Source: an uncultured Treponemataceae bacterium
Lineage (GTDB): Bacteria; Spirochaetota; Spirochaetia; Treponematales; Treponemataceae
NCBI GenBank assembly: GCA_964370655.1
Contig: CAYJKA010000001.1
Location: 12,660-50,459, forward strand
Reading direction: 5' to 3'
DNA length: 37,800 nt
The position numbers and the translations under genes are program-made. Of the stretch, positions 1-8,798 are shown piece after piece; within the stretch, counting starts at the first letter, position 1; each line of letters begins with the position of its first letter. Under the pieces are notes generated by a model. That model was not told the origin of the DNA, searched no databases, and saw only the letters and a program-made list of their open reading frames with translations.

Positions 1-1482
1 AACGTAAAAGTTGGTATTTTTATAACCGTAATAAATCTTGTAGGTGGTTTAATTGTTGGTGTGACAGGTGGTGAAACATTTAGTTCCGCTATTCAAATAT
101 TTGCAAAGTTCACTATTGGCGATGGTCTTCTATCTCAGATTCCTTCTCTACTTATTTCTGTAGCAACTGGTATCATTGTAACGCGTTCTGTATCTGATGG
201 AAAAACAACGCTTGGAACAGATATACAAAAACAGTTTTCACAAAATGCTTGGGTATTTTATGTGTCTGGTGTTGCAATGGCTCTAATGGGGTTGGTTCCC
301 GGTTTTCCCTGGTATATACTTGTTCCGATAGGTGCTGGTTTGTTTTTTATTGGAAGAAGACTTCAATCTCTTGAAAAAGCCTCATTTGAAGCAAAACTAA
401 ATAAAGAACGAGAAATGCAACAAACGCAGGGGACTCCTATTGCTGAAATTAGCCCTGTGGTTCCATTAGATCCATTATCACTTGAACTAGGCTTGGCTCT
501 TATACCATTGGTTGATAAAGAAAAAGGTGCGGAACTCTTAGAGCGTGTTACAAGAATCAGAAGAGAGTTTGCTCTCGACTTAGGGCTTGTGGTTCCTAGA
601 ATTCGTATTACAGATAATATGCATATTGATCCTAGTGCTTATAGTTTTAAGGTTAAAGGAATTGAGGTTGGCTCAAGTCATATACGAATGGGATCGTTTA
701 TGTGCATGAATACAGGTACTGTTTTAGAAGAATTATCGGGTGAATCAACTACGGATCCAGCCTTTGGGCTTCCAGCTATTTGGGTATCAGAGTCCGACAA
801 GGACAAGGCAGAGCGAGCTGGCTATGCTGTTGTTGATCCTCCTACTATTATTGCAACGCACTTAACCGAGCTAATAAAGAGCCATGCAGCAGAAATTCTT
901 GGCAGGCAAGAAGTGCAATCTATTGTGGATACTCTTAAAAAAGAATATCCAACTGCGGTTGAAGAGGCAACAAAACTCTTTACTGTAGGTGAAATACAAA
1001 AAGTACTTCAAGGTCTTTTAAGAGAACAAGTTTCAATAAGAAATATGGTTGTTATTTTTGAAACATTAGCAGATTTTGGTGGTGTAACTAAGAAAACAGA
1101 TTTCCTTATCGAAAAAGTGCGACAAGCCTTGGGACGTCAGATTTGTTTGCAATATGTTGATGAAACCAAAACTATGCACGTATTAACTGTTGCACAGGAT
1201 TTTTTACAAAAACTTATTGAAAGTAAAATAGAAACTATAAATGGGCCAATTGCAGCATTAGACCCTGTTATGCAACGAGCATGGATAACAGCATTAAGTT
1301 CTTCTGTGGCTCTTTCACAGGGGAAAGGTTATATGCCAATTATTCTTTGTCCCGAAGAGGCAAGGGCATTAGTTAAGGCAAGCACGGAGCGAGAAATGCC
1401 AAACTTAGTTGTAGTTTCTGTACCTGAAATTACAAACGACATTAAACTAGAGAACTTAGGAGAGATAAAAGTTGACATATAA
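1..1482 (+). CDS. flhA: Flagellar export apparatus protein FlhA, C-terminal part (5' end lies upstream of the window)
   Basis: Frame 1 is open from base 1 (NVKVGIFITVINLVGGLIVG precedes the GTG chosen by the ORF track). Last TM segments are followed by FlhA cytoplasmic-domain motifs (VVPRIRITDN, VVDPPTIIATHLTE, VSIRNMVVIFETLAD). flhF and flhG follow directly. Confidence 0.9.
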   Translation, partial: NVKVGIFITVINLVGGLIVGVTGGETFSSAIQIFAKFTIGDGLLSQIPSLLISVATGIIVTRSVSDGKTTLGTDIQKQFSQNAWVFYVSGVAMALMGLVPGFPWYILVPIGAGLFFIGRRLQSLEKASFEAKLNKEREMQQTQGTPIAEISPVVPLDPLSLELGLALIPLVDKEKGAELLERVTRIRREFALDLGLVVPRIRITDNMHIDPSAYSFKVKGIEVGSSHIRMGSFMCMNTGTVLEELSGESTTDPAFGLPAIWVSESDKDKAERAGYAVVDPPTIIATHLTELIKSHAAEILGRQEVQSIVDTLKKEYPTAVEEATKLFTVGEIQKVLQGLLREQVSIRNMVVIFETLADFGGVTKKTDFLIEKVRQALGRQICLQYVDETKTMHVLTVAQDFLQKLIESKIETINGPIAALDPVMQRAWITALSSSVALSQGKGYMPIILCPEEARALVKASTEREMPNLVVVSVPEITNDIKLENLGEIKVDI

Positions 1483-2692
1483 TAACAGTTTGCAAGACCC
1501 AATTCCAATAACTGGCGACTCATATTCAGACTGCCTCGAACGATTAAAAAGACTTTTTGGTGATAATTATCAAATTGTTTCAAAAAGAACGTATAGGCCT
1601 TCAGGATTATTTTCTTTATTCCAAAAAAAGCAATATGAAATGATGTATATTCCACTACATACAGAAATTAGAAGGGCACAACAAAGTTATTCTCCTAGTT
1701 CTCAGCTTGATTTTAGGGAAGAAAGGACAAAGATTTTAGATGCAAATCAGACAACGCAAAACCCTCAGATGAAACTTATTTTGGATGAGATAAAAGATTT
1801 ACACTCAAAGTTTGATGAAAAAACGGCTACCTTACGGCAAGACGACCATGCTTCTATTATAACTATTATGAATATGATGAAAAGTAATGAATTCACTGAT
1901 GGGTACATTACAAAAATCATAGATAAAATAAGAAAAGAGTTTTCTCTAGAAGGTTTAGATGATTTTGCTGCAGTAGAAAGCAAGGTTGTTGATTGGATTG
2001 GTGAAACTATACAAATAGGAGAAACTCATACAGCTGCACGGCCTGAAATTGTTGTTCTAGTTGGACCTACAGGTATAGGGAAAACAACTACTGTAGCAAA
2101 GCTAGCAGCCTACTTTAATGGTATTGGAAACCCAAATTTATCACAAGGATTAAAGGTAGCCTTGATTACTACTGATGGTATTAGAATAGGAGCAAAAGAG
2201 CAACTTGAAACTTATGGAGAGCTTATGGGTATCCCGGTTTCTTTTGCAAGCAATGAAGAAGATTTGCAACAATTGCTTAATTTTTATGGGCGTGATACAG
2301 ATGTAATTATAGTTGACACCGCTGGTCATAGTCCAAAGGATTATGAAAGTTTATTAAAAATGAGGCAAATACTTGAGTTTAAAAGTCGAAAGCCACAAGT
2401 GTATTTAACAATTTCAGCACCAACAAAGTCAAACGATTTGCGCACTATTTTGCAACAATATGAGATTTTTGGATATAATTCTGTAATAGTTACCAAGGTT
2501 GATGAAACTGAAAACGTTGGTCCTATTATAAGTATATTAGATGAAAAGAAAAAAAATATGGCGTATATAACCGATGGACAAAAAGTTCCACGCAACTTTA
2601 AGAAGGCAGATCCTGTGTCATTTTTAATAAATTTAACAGGGTTTAATGTAGATAGAAATCATATAGATGAAAAATTTATTCAAGAGAAATAG
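1472..2692 (+). CDS. flhF: Flagellar biosynthesis SRP-type GTPase FlhF
   Basis: G1 LVGPTGIGKTTTVAKLAA, G3 IIVDTAGHSP, G4 VTKVDET. TTG start 9 nt after AGGAGAG, overlapping the flhA stop by 11 nt. Position between flhA and flhG. Confidence 0.85.
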   Translation: MTYNNSLQDPIPITGDSYSDCLERLKRLFGDNYQIVSKRTYRPSGLFSLFQKKQYEMMYIPLHTEIRRAQQSYSPSSQLDFREERTKILDANQTTQNPQMKLILDEIKDLHSKFDEKTATLRQDDHASIITIMNMMKSNEFTDGYITKIIDKIRKEFSLEGLDDFAAVESKVVDWIGETIQIGETHTAARPEIVVLVGPTGIGKTTTVAKLAAYFNGIGNPNLSQGLKVALITTDGIRIGAKEQLETYGELMGIPVSFASNEEDLQQLLNFYGRDTDVIIVDTAGHSPKDYESLLKMRQILEFKSRKPQVYLTISAPTKSNDLRTILQQYEIFGYNSVIVTKVDETENVGPIISILDEKKKNMAYITDGQKVPRNFKKADPVSFLINLTGFNVDRNHIDEKFIQEK

Positions 2693-2700
2693 GGTAGTAT

Positions 2701-3591
2701 ATGGAAGATCAAGCATCTGAATTACGTGAACTTATGCAACAACGATTGGAACGACAAGATATGTATCGTCCAAATCATGCTGCAGACAATCACAAAACAA
2801 GAATTATTGCAGTTACAAGTGGTAAAGGTGGAGTTGGTAAAACAAATCTATCGGTTAATATGGCAATTGCATACTCACAAGCTGGGAAAAAAGTTATTCT
2901 CATCGATGGCGACTTAGGTATGGCTAATGTCAATATCTTGCTTGGTGTATCACCAAAGGCAAATTTGCTTGATGTAATGAATAATCGATATAAAATGAAA
3001 GATATTGTTTGCGACACCGAGTATGGTTTTCAGTTTGTACCTGGCGCAAATGGCTTTTCACGCATTGCAAATTTAAATGAATCAGAATTGGCAAGCTTTT
3101 CAGACGAATTTATGCAGTTATCAAGTGCTGATATCATTATTATCGATACAGGTGCAGGTATTGCTCAAAGTGTTTTAGGGCTTTTAGCTGCTGCTGATGA
3201 GATCTATGTTTTAACTACTCCTGAACCTACATCTATAACAGACGCATACGGCATAATAAAAATAATTGCTACTGAAATGATGGATAATAGACCAAACTTA
3301 AAACTATTAGTAAATAGAGTGCATTCTGCATCTGAAGGTAAAAGGGTTGCAGAGCAAATTATTACTATAGCTCAGCAATTTTTAAATTATGAAATTGAAT
3401 ACTTAGGTTTCATTTATGATGACACAGCGGTTTCTACTTCTGTTTTACGTCAAAAACCTTTTATTGTTGCACAACCAAATGCAAAATGCTCTATGTGCAT
3501 AAAACATATTGTGGGTAGAATTGAAAAAACAGATTTAAATACAGAAGAGGGATTTGGGCGCTTTTTTAGAAAATTTGCACAAAAGTGGTAA
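2701..3591 (+). CDS. flhG: MinD/ParA-type ATPase FlhG (YlxH), regulator of flagellar number and placement
   Basis: Deviant Walker A AVTSGKGGVGKTNLSVNMA, Walker B IIIIDTGAG, C-terminal amphipathic tail GFGRFFRKFAQKW typical of a MinD/FlhG membrane-targeting helix. Synteny with flhF. Confidence 0.85.
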   Translation: MEDQASELRELMQQRLERQDMYRPNHAADNHKTRIIAVTSGKGGVGKTNLSVNMAIAYSQAGKKVILIDGDLGMANVNILLGVSPKANLLDVMNNRYKMKDIVCDTEYGFQFVPGANGFSRIANLNESELASFSDEFMQLSSADIIIIDTGAGIAQSVLGLLAAADEIYVLTTPEPTSITDAYGIIKIIATEMMDNRPNLKLLVNRVHSASEGKRVAEQIITIAQQFLNYEIEYLGFIYDDTAVSTSVLRQKPFIVAQPNAKCSMCIKHIVGRIEKTDLNTEEGFGRFFRKFAQKW

Positions 3592-3608
3592 ATGGACTTC
3601 GATAGAGC

Positions 3609-3637
3609 TTGACGTTTTAGCATTTTTGGCGTACTCT
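3609..3637 (+). promoter_or_regulatory. Possible sigma-70-type promoter inside the flagellar cluster (TTGACG-17 nt-TACTCT)
   Basis: TTGACG at 3609-3614, 17-nt spacer, TACTCT at 3632-3637, within the 143-nt gap between flhG and the next ORF. The -10 is weak. Confidence 0.3.
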
Positions 3638-3734
3638 ATTTAATAGGGATAAAAAAAATCAGTGTATTCTTTTTGTAAAAGAATATGAGAGGTTAACTAA
3701 TATTGTGTGATACTATTAGTGCTATAGGGGGGAT

Positions 3735-4478
3735 ATGCAAAACCTTAAAAAATTAGCAACAGCATTTGTTGTAGGTTTTCTTTTATCATTTTTTGCTGGT
3801 CTTTTTGGTGGCGTAAGTTTTGCCGTAGTGCTTTTACGAGCAGGTTTATCAGGGCTTGTAGTTGCTGTATTAACTTTTGCTGCATTTACGGTGTATAATA
3901 CTTTTTTAACACCAGAAGATAGTGTTGAAACTTCAAAAGATGTTTCAACACAAGAGGAAGAAACAACACATACGGTAGATATTACATTAGATGATGAATT
4001 ACCTGATTCAGCAACAGCACCTGCGTTTAATTTATCTAACTATGTTCAACCCCTTGATGATGACAATGAACAAGAAGGTGGTGACTTTGAAAAGCAGGGT
4101 GGTTTTCAAACAACATCACTTGACGCAATGACAGGTAATGTAAACACTACTGATGTTAAAAGTGTAGAAACACCTTCAGATGTAGAAGGTACATCATATA
4201 GTCCTTCTCAAAAGGCTAAAACGGTAAATAGCGATTACGAGCAGGATATATTGGATGATGAAAGTGGAGCTGATTTAGATGTGCTTCCAGATATTGAAAG
4301 TTTAGAGGTAGATGATACTGATGGAAGTGCTGCAGATTCTGGCGAAATTATAGAAGATTCGGTTTTTGCAGAAACTGGCGATGTAAGACCTACTGCGCCA
4401 GCAGCACCTGTTTCTGAAATGGGTGATGCAAAAGATATTGCTGCAGCAATTAGAACTGCTTTAGTAAAAGATACGTAA
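3735..4478 (+). CDS. Hypothetical protein with two N-terminal TM helices and a long acidic, low-complexity tail
   Basis: ATG preceded by AGGGGGG. Hydrophobic segments FVVGFLLSFFAGLFGGVSFAVVLL and LVVAVLTFAAFTVYNTFL, then a D/E/T/S-rich sequence. Sits between flhG and fliA. No family recognised. Confidence 0.6.
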   Translation: MQNLKKLATAFVVGFLLSFFAGLFGGVSFAVVLLRAGLSGLVVAVLTFAAFTVYNTFLTPEDSVETSKDVSTQEEETTHTVDITLDDELPDSATAPAFNLSNYVQPLDDDNEQEGGDFEKQGGFQTTSLDAMTGNVNTTDVKSVETPSDVEGTSYSPSQKAKTVNSDYEQDILDDESGADLDVLPDIESLEVDDTDGSAADSGEIIEDSVFAETGDVRPTAPAAPVSEMGDAKDIAAAIRTALVKDT

Positions 4479-4505
4479 GGTTTATTATATATAAAGGTGT
4501 AAACG

Positions 4506-5294
4506 ATGATGACAACGCTCTTTGAGCAAAAAACAGAAGAAGAACTCTGGGTAGAATTCCGAAAAACAAAGTCAACGCAATTGCGCGATGCATTTATTCG
4601 GCAATATATGCCATTGGTTAAGTATGTTGCAGGTAAAGTAGCTGTTAATATGCCTAATAGTGTTGAATTCGATGATTTAGTCGGCTTTGGACAGTTTGGA
4701 CTTTTAGATGCAATAAATAAGTTTGACCCAGATAAAAAAGTAAAATTTAAAACGTATGCTGTTACAAGAATTCGAGGAGCAATTTTTGATGAACTTCGTC
4801 AATTAGACTGGGTGCCTCGTTCTGTACGTCAAAAATCACGTGAAATAGAAGATACCATTGTAGGGCTAGAAGCAAGGCTAGGCCGTCCCGCCAGTGATGA
4901 AGAAGTAGCCTCTGCTATGGGACTAACACTTGAAAGTTTTAATAATACAGTACTAAAGGTATCAGGAACAAGCGTTCTTTCTTTAAATGATGTGTGGTAT
5001 TCTGGTGAGTCATCAGACAGAATGTCTATTGGAGACAGTATTGAGTCTCCTGCAAGTTTAAACCCAGATGTAATTGTAGAAAGAGAAGAAGTTAAAAGAG
5101 TAATTATGGAAGCAATAAATGAACTTCCAGAAAAAGAAAAAATGGTTTTGGTTTTATACTACCATGAAGATTTAACTTTTAAGGAAATAGGTCAAGTATT
5201 ACAGGTAAGTGAATCTCGTATATCACAATTACATACGAAAGCAAATATGCGCCTTAGAGCAAAGTTAACAAATGTTCGAAAAGGCATAATGTAA
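4506..5294 (+). CDS. fliA: Flagellar RNA polymerase sigma factor FliA/WhiG (sigma-28)
   Basis: Region 2 (YMPLVKYVAGKV, DLVGFGQFGLLDAINKFDP, FKTYAVTRIRGAIFDELR), region 4.2 HTH (LTFKEIGQVLQVSESRISQLHTKA). About 260 aa, downstream of flhF/flhG. Confidence 0.9.
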   Translation: MMTTLFEQKTEEELWVEFRKTKSTQLRDAFIRQYMPLVKYVAGKVAVNMPNSVEFDDLVGFGQFGLLDAINKFDPDKKVKFKTYAVTRIRGAIFDELRQLDWVPRSVRQKSREIEDTIVGLEARLGRPASDEEVASAMGLTLESFNNTVLKVSGTSVLSLNDVWYSGESSDRMSIGDSIESPASLNPDVIVEREEVKRVIMEAINELPEKEKMVLVLYYHEDLTFKEIGQVLQVSESRISQLHTKANMRLRAKLTNVRKGIM

Positions 5295-5311
5295 GCTTTT
5301 GGAGGTAGGCC

Positions 5312-7285
5312 TTGGTTACACTAGAAAAACTGCGCGCAGATATGGAATCTCAGTTTGAATTGGACAGGAATATTAAATTTGTAGATGTGCGAGCAGATTC
5401 AATAGAAGAAGCACTTTCCGACGCCTCAATTCAACTTGAATCTCGTGTACCAATACTTGAATATGAAGTTTTAGAACAAGGTTATAAAGGTTTTTTAACT
5501 TTAATGAAAAAGCCTTGGCTGTTACGTGTATATGAAAATCCCTTACATGCTAAAAAAGCTGCGAATCTCAAAGGTGACGGCCTTTCATCAATGGATGAGT
5601 ATGGTGATGATTTGACTCCTAAAAATGTCGATGGAATGTTCTATGTTCATAGGTTCGGCTCTGAAATCCATATTAAGGTTGTACCACCCATTGGTTCCGG
5701 TGTGCCAGTAGATCCCAAAATTATTCTTGATTCCATACAGCGAAGTGATACTGTTTCAGTTGATGAAAAGCTAGTTAGAGAATTTGCAAGTAATACCACA
5801 AATGGTGAATATGAACCTGTTGGCCAATATACACATAATCAAGCAGGGGATGCAACATTCTATATTGAAATTTCTAGTGATGAAATGAAAGCAAGTATTA
5901 TAGCTACAGCACCAGCAATAGGTGGAGCTGATATATCTTCTCAACGTATAGAGCAAATGCTGCAAACACAAGGCGTTAAAAATGATATTGACAGGGAAAA
6001 AATAATTGAATATATTGACAATCCAGTTTATGGAGTGCCATTTGTAGTTGCTGAAGGTGTTGAACCTGTAGATGGTAGAGATGCTTATATAGCCTACAAT
6101 TTTGAAACAGATAAATCTAAATTACACATAAAAGAATCAGATTCTGGACAAGTGGATTTTAAAGAGTTAAATCTTATACAAAATGTTGTAGAAGGGCAAA
6201 CACTTGCAGTAAAAATGCTTCCTGAAAGAGGAAGAGGTGGACATACTCTGAAAGGGCGTTTTTTGGATGCAAAAAACGGAAAAGATATTTCACTTCCAAT
6301 AGGAAAAAATGTATCTGTTGATGCTGATGGTAGAACTATACGAGCAACGGTTAATGGACAAGTACTATTAGTGAATGATAAAATAAATGTTGAACCGATT
6401 ATGGAAGTAGACGGTGTAAATATTAAAACAGGTAATATTACTTTCCTAGGAACCGTTATCATTAAGGGTAATGTTGAAGATGGTTTTCAAGTTAAAGCAT
6501 CTGGTAATATTGAAGTATACGGTACTGTTGAAAATAGTATACTTGAAGCTGACGGTGATATTGTCGTTTCACTAGGTGTTATGGGTAAAGACCATGGTTT
6601 AATAAAAGCCGGTGGGTCTATGTGGGCAAAGTTTATTCAGAACGCAACAGTAGACGCTGAAGGATATATAGTAGTACGAGACGGTATTATTAACTCAAAT
6701 GTAACAAGTAATAAAAAAATACTTGTACAAGGAAAGAGAGCGAGCATTATTGGTGGTCATACATTTGCAACAGAAGAAATTCGAGCAAAGTCAATAGGAA
6801 GTAGTGCAGGAGCTAGTGAAACAATTTTATCAGTTGGCTATGATCCTAAAGCAAAGAAACGCCTTGATGAGCTAACCGAAAAGCAAGCTGTTTTAATAAA
6901 AGAATTAAATGAAATTGACCTTGATATTCAAACATTAGAACAACAAAAGAAAATACGAAAAACACTATCTCAAGAAAAAGAAGAAAGCTTAAATGCATTA
7001 ACTGCACGTAAACAAGATATACATGCTGAAGTTGATGAAATGTCACAAGAGATTCAGAGTTTGCAAGATCATTTACGTGAGTTAAAGATTGTTGGAACAG
7101 TATCCGCATCTGGTGCAGTATATCCAGGTGTTAAGATTAATATTCGTGACGTTCGTGAGGAAATTCGAAACGAGACAAAGGCAGTAACATTTTTCTATGA
7201 AGATGGATTTGTACGGTATGGTAAGTATGAAGTAGCACAGGCTGAAGATGAAGCAAGGGTACCTGATGGCTATTCAACCAATTGA
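5312..7285 (+). CDS. DUF342/FapA-family (flagellar assembly protein A-like) protein
   Basis: TTG start 8 nt after GGAGG. Repetitive beta-helix-type segment GNITFLGTVIIKGNVEDGFQVKASGNIEVYGTVENSILEADGDIVV, followed by a long coiled coil (LDELTEKQAVLIKELNEIDLDIQTLEQQKK) and a C-terminal GAVYPGVKINI motif, as in DUF342 proteins. Family assigned from memory of motifs. Confidence 0.7.
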   Translation: MVTLEKLRADMESQFELDRNIKFVDVRADSIEEALSDASIQLESRVPILEYEVLEQGYKGFLTLMKKPWLLRVYENPLHAKKAANLKGDGLSSMDEYGDDLTPKNVDGMFYVHRFGSEIHIKVVPPIGSGVPVDPKIILDSIQRSDTVSVDEKLVREFASNTTNGEYEPVGQYTHNQAGDATFYIEISSDEMKASIIATAPAIGGADISSQRIEQMLQTQGVKNDIDREKIIEYIDNPVYGVPFVVAEGVEPVDGRDAYIAYNFETDKSKLHIKESDSGQVDFKELNLIQNVVEGQTLAVKMLPERGRGGHTLKGRFLDAKNGKDISLPIGKNVSVDADGRTIRATVNGQVLLVNDKINVEPIMEVDGVNIKTGNITFLGTVIIKGNVEDGFQVKASGNIEVYGTVENSILEADGDIVVSLGVMGKDHGLIKAGGSMWAKFIQNATVDAEGYIVVRDGIINSNVTSNKKILVQGKRASIIGGHTFATEEIRAKSIGSSAGASETILSVGYDPKAKKRLDELTEKQAVLIKELNEIDLDIQTLEQQKKIRKTLSQEKEESLNALTARKQDIHAEVDEMSQEIQSLQDHLRELKIVGTVSASGAVYPGVKINIRDVREEIRNETKAVTFFYEDGFVRYGKYEVAQAEDEARVPDGYSTN

Positions 7286-7592
7286 TCTTCAAACAATGTA
7301 TTCATCTCTTGAAAAAGTCTCTAAAATGACTGGACAAAAGCAACAAGGGATACAACTCCAAAGCGCAATACAACAAGACGAACTAACAAAAAGAATTCAC
7401 GAACAATCTACAACTGTGGAAAAAGCCGAAATGGACGATGATGGCATTGCTCATGTTAAAGACCGTAAATCAAATGATAACGAAAATCAAAGTTTTGAAG
7501 AACGAGAAGAACATAAAGAAGAACTAAATGAAGAAAAAATTGAAATTATTACAGACCCTAGCTTGGGACAACATATTGATATTTCAGGGTAA
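7266..7592 (+). CDS. Small hypothetical acidic protein (about 108 aa)
   Basis: ATG at 7266 lies 6 nt after AAGGG and overlaps the DUF342 stop by 20 nt. The track start at 7248 lacks an RBS. Q-rich N-terminus (MAIQPIDLQTMYSSLEKVSK), E/D/K-rich C-terminus. No family recognised. Confidence 0.5.
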   Translation: MAIQPIDLQTMYSSLEKVSKMTGQKQQGIQLQSAIQQDELTKRIHEQSTTVEKAEMDDDGIAHVKDRKSNDNENQSFEEREEHKEELNEEKIEIITDPSLGQHIDISG

Positions 7593-7598
7593 GGGAAT

Positions 7599-8237
7599 AT
7601 GATATCAGGTGAAGTTGTTTTACTCATAATAATTACTCTTATAAATCTCATTTTATGGGCAGCTTTCTTTATTCGGTTGAGGCGAAATCTTTCCCCTCAA
7701 GCACTACTATCAGATATTAAGAATGAAGTTGAAAAACTTTTAATTGAAATAAATCGAACTTCGCTAGATAATATTACCTTAGTGCAGGATAAGACAAATG
7801 AACTGACAGAACTTATTGATCATATAGATAAAAAGATGAACTTGCTACAAGGACAAGAGGAAAGCAAAAAACGTGAAAAAAATGTTTTGGACCGCCTTCA
7901 AAGTAATAAACCTGAGTTAAAGCATGAAAAAAAAGCATTGGATTCATATCGAAAAATGAGCACTCCCAAAGAGGATGCACCTTTGGATGATAATGTTCAG
8001 CTTTCTATAGATTTTGATTCGTATAACAAAGAGAATTCTGTTGAATTAGAAGCTGGAAATAGTGTTGAAATGACAATGCCCGAAATTAAACAGGTTGAAA
8101 AGAGTCCTCTTCAGGAAATACCTTTTAAGGAAAAGGTATTACACTTAGCAAAAAAAGACTTTTCCAGTGATTATATTGCACATACATTAGGTTGTACGGT
8201 TACAGAAGTTCAACTAGTTATTGACCTTTATTTGTAG
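7599..8237 (+). CDS. Hypothetical membrane-anchored coiled-coil protein with an HTH-like C-terminal tail
   Basis: RBS AAGGGA. N-terminal TM helix VVLLIIITLINLILWAAFFI, charged coiled-coil middle, C-terminal KDFSSDYIAHTLGCTVTEVQLVIDLYL resembling a short helix-turn-helix. The architecture recalls the DUF2802-type proteins encoded next to fliA elsewhere (memory only, unverified). Confidence 0.5.
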   Translation: MISGEVVLLIIITLINLILWAAFFIRLRRNLSPQALLSDIKNEVEKLLIEINRTSLDNITLVQDKTNELTELIDHIDKKMNLLQGQEESKKREKNVLDRLQSNKPELKHEKKALDSYRKMSTPKEDAPLDDNVQLSIDFDSYNKENSVELEAGNSVEMTMPEIKQVEKSPLQEIPFKEKVLHLAKKDFSSDYIAHTLGCTVTEVQLVIDLYL

Positions 8238-8291
8238 TAATTTATAGTCTAATACTCGAAAAAAATAATTTCACTTTTTAGCATTTACTAC

Positions 8292-8320
8292 TTGAGCGTT
8301 TTTGAATCTTATCGTATACT
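8292..8320 (+). promoter_or_regulatory. Sigma-70-type promoter of smpB (TTGAGC-17 nt-TATACT), with -10 ending 6 nt before the ATG
   Basis: TTGAGC 8292-8297, 17-nt spacer, TATACT 8315-8320, ATG at 8327. There is no usable Shine-Dalgarno in the 6 intervening nt (ATAGGT). Confidence 0.55.
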
Positions 8321-8326
8321 ATAGGT

Positions 8327-8794
8327 ATGAGTACTGGCGGGATTAAGACAATTGCACAAAACAGAAAAGCAAGATTCAATTACACCATTGAAGATTCTAT
8401 TGAATGTGGTGTTGAATTACAAGGAACTGAAGTAAAATCAGTGAAATCGGGTAATATGTCTTTTCCAGATGCTTTTGCAGAGATTATTCAAAATGAAGTT
8501 TGGGTTAAAAACTGGCATATAACAGAGTATCCTTTTTCATCAATTTTCAATCATTCTCCTGAACGGCATAAAAAACTTTTACTGCATGCAGAAGAAATAA
8601 AAAAGTTAAAACGTAAAGTAGATGAAAAGGGGATAACGCTTATTCCTCTTGATTTTTATTTAAAGAATGGAAGGGTTAAAGTCACACTTGGTCTTTGCCG
8701 TGGTAAAAAAAATTATGATAAGAGGTCTGATATCCGAGATCGTGATGTAACACGAGATATGCAAAGAGAGTTTAGAAAAGGGTTGCAAGACTAG
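8327..8794 (+). CDS. smpB: SsrA(tmRNA)-binding protein SmpB
   Basis: KTIAQNRKARFNYTIEDSIECGVELQGTEVKSVK and HSPERHKKLLLH match the SmpB family along its full length, about 155 aa. Confidence 0.92.
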   Translation: MSTGGIKTIAQNRKARFNYTIEDSIECGVELQGTEVKSVKSGNMSFPDAFAEIIQNEVWVKNWHITEYPFSSIFNHSPERHKKLLLHAEEIKKLKRKVDEKGITLIPLDFYLKNGRVKVTLGLCRGKKNYDKRSDIRDRDVTRDMQREFRKGLQD

Positions 8795-8798
8795 TTTT

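Noticed and set aside
3652-3668. A shared 12-mer AAAAAAATCAGT at 3652-3664 and at 36696-36707, considered as a dispersed repeat element
   Set aside because: A 12-nt A-rich match is expected by chance many times in 37.8 kb of A/T-rich sequence. The flanks do not extend the similarity.
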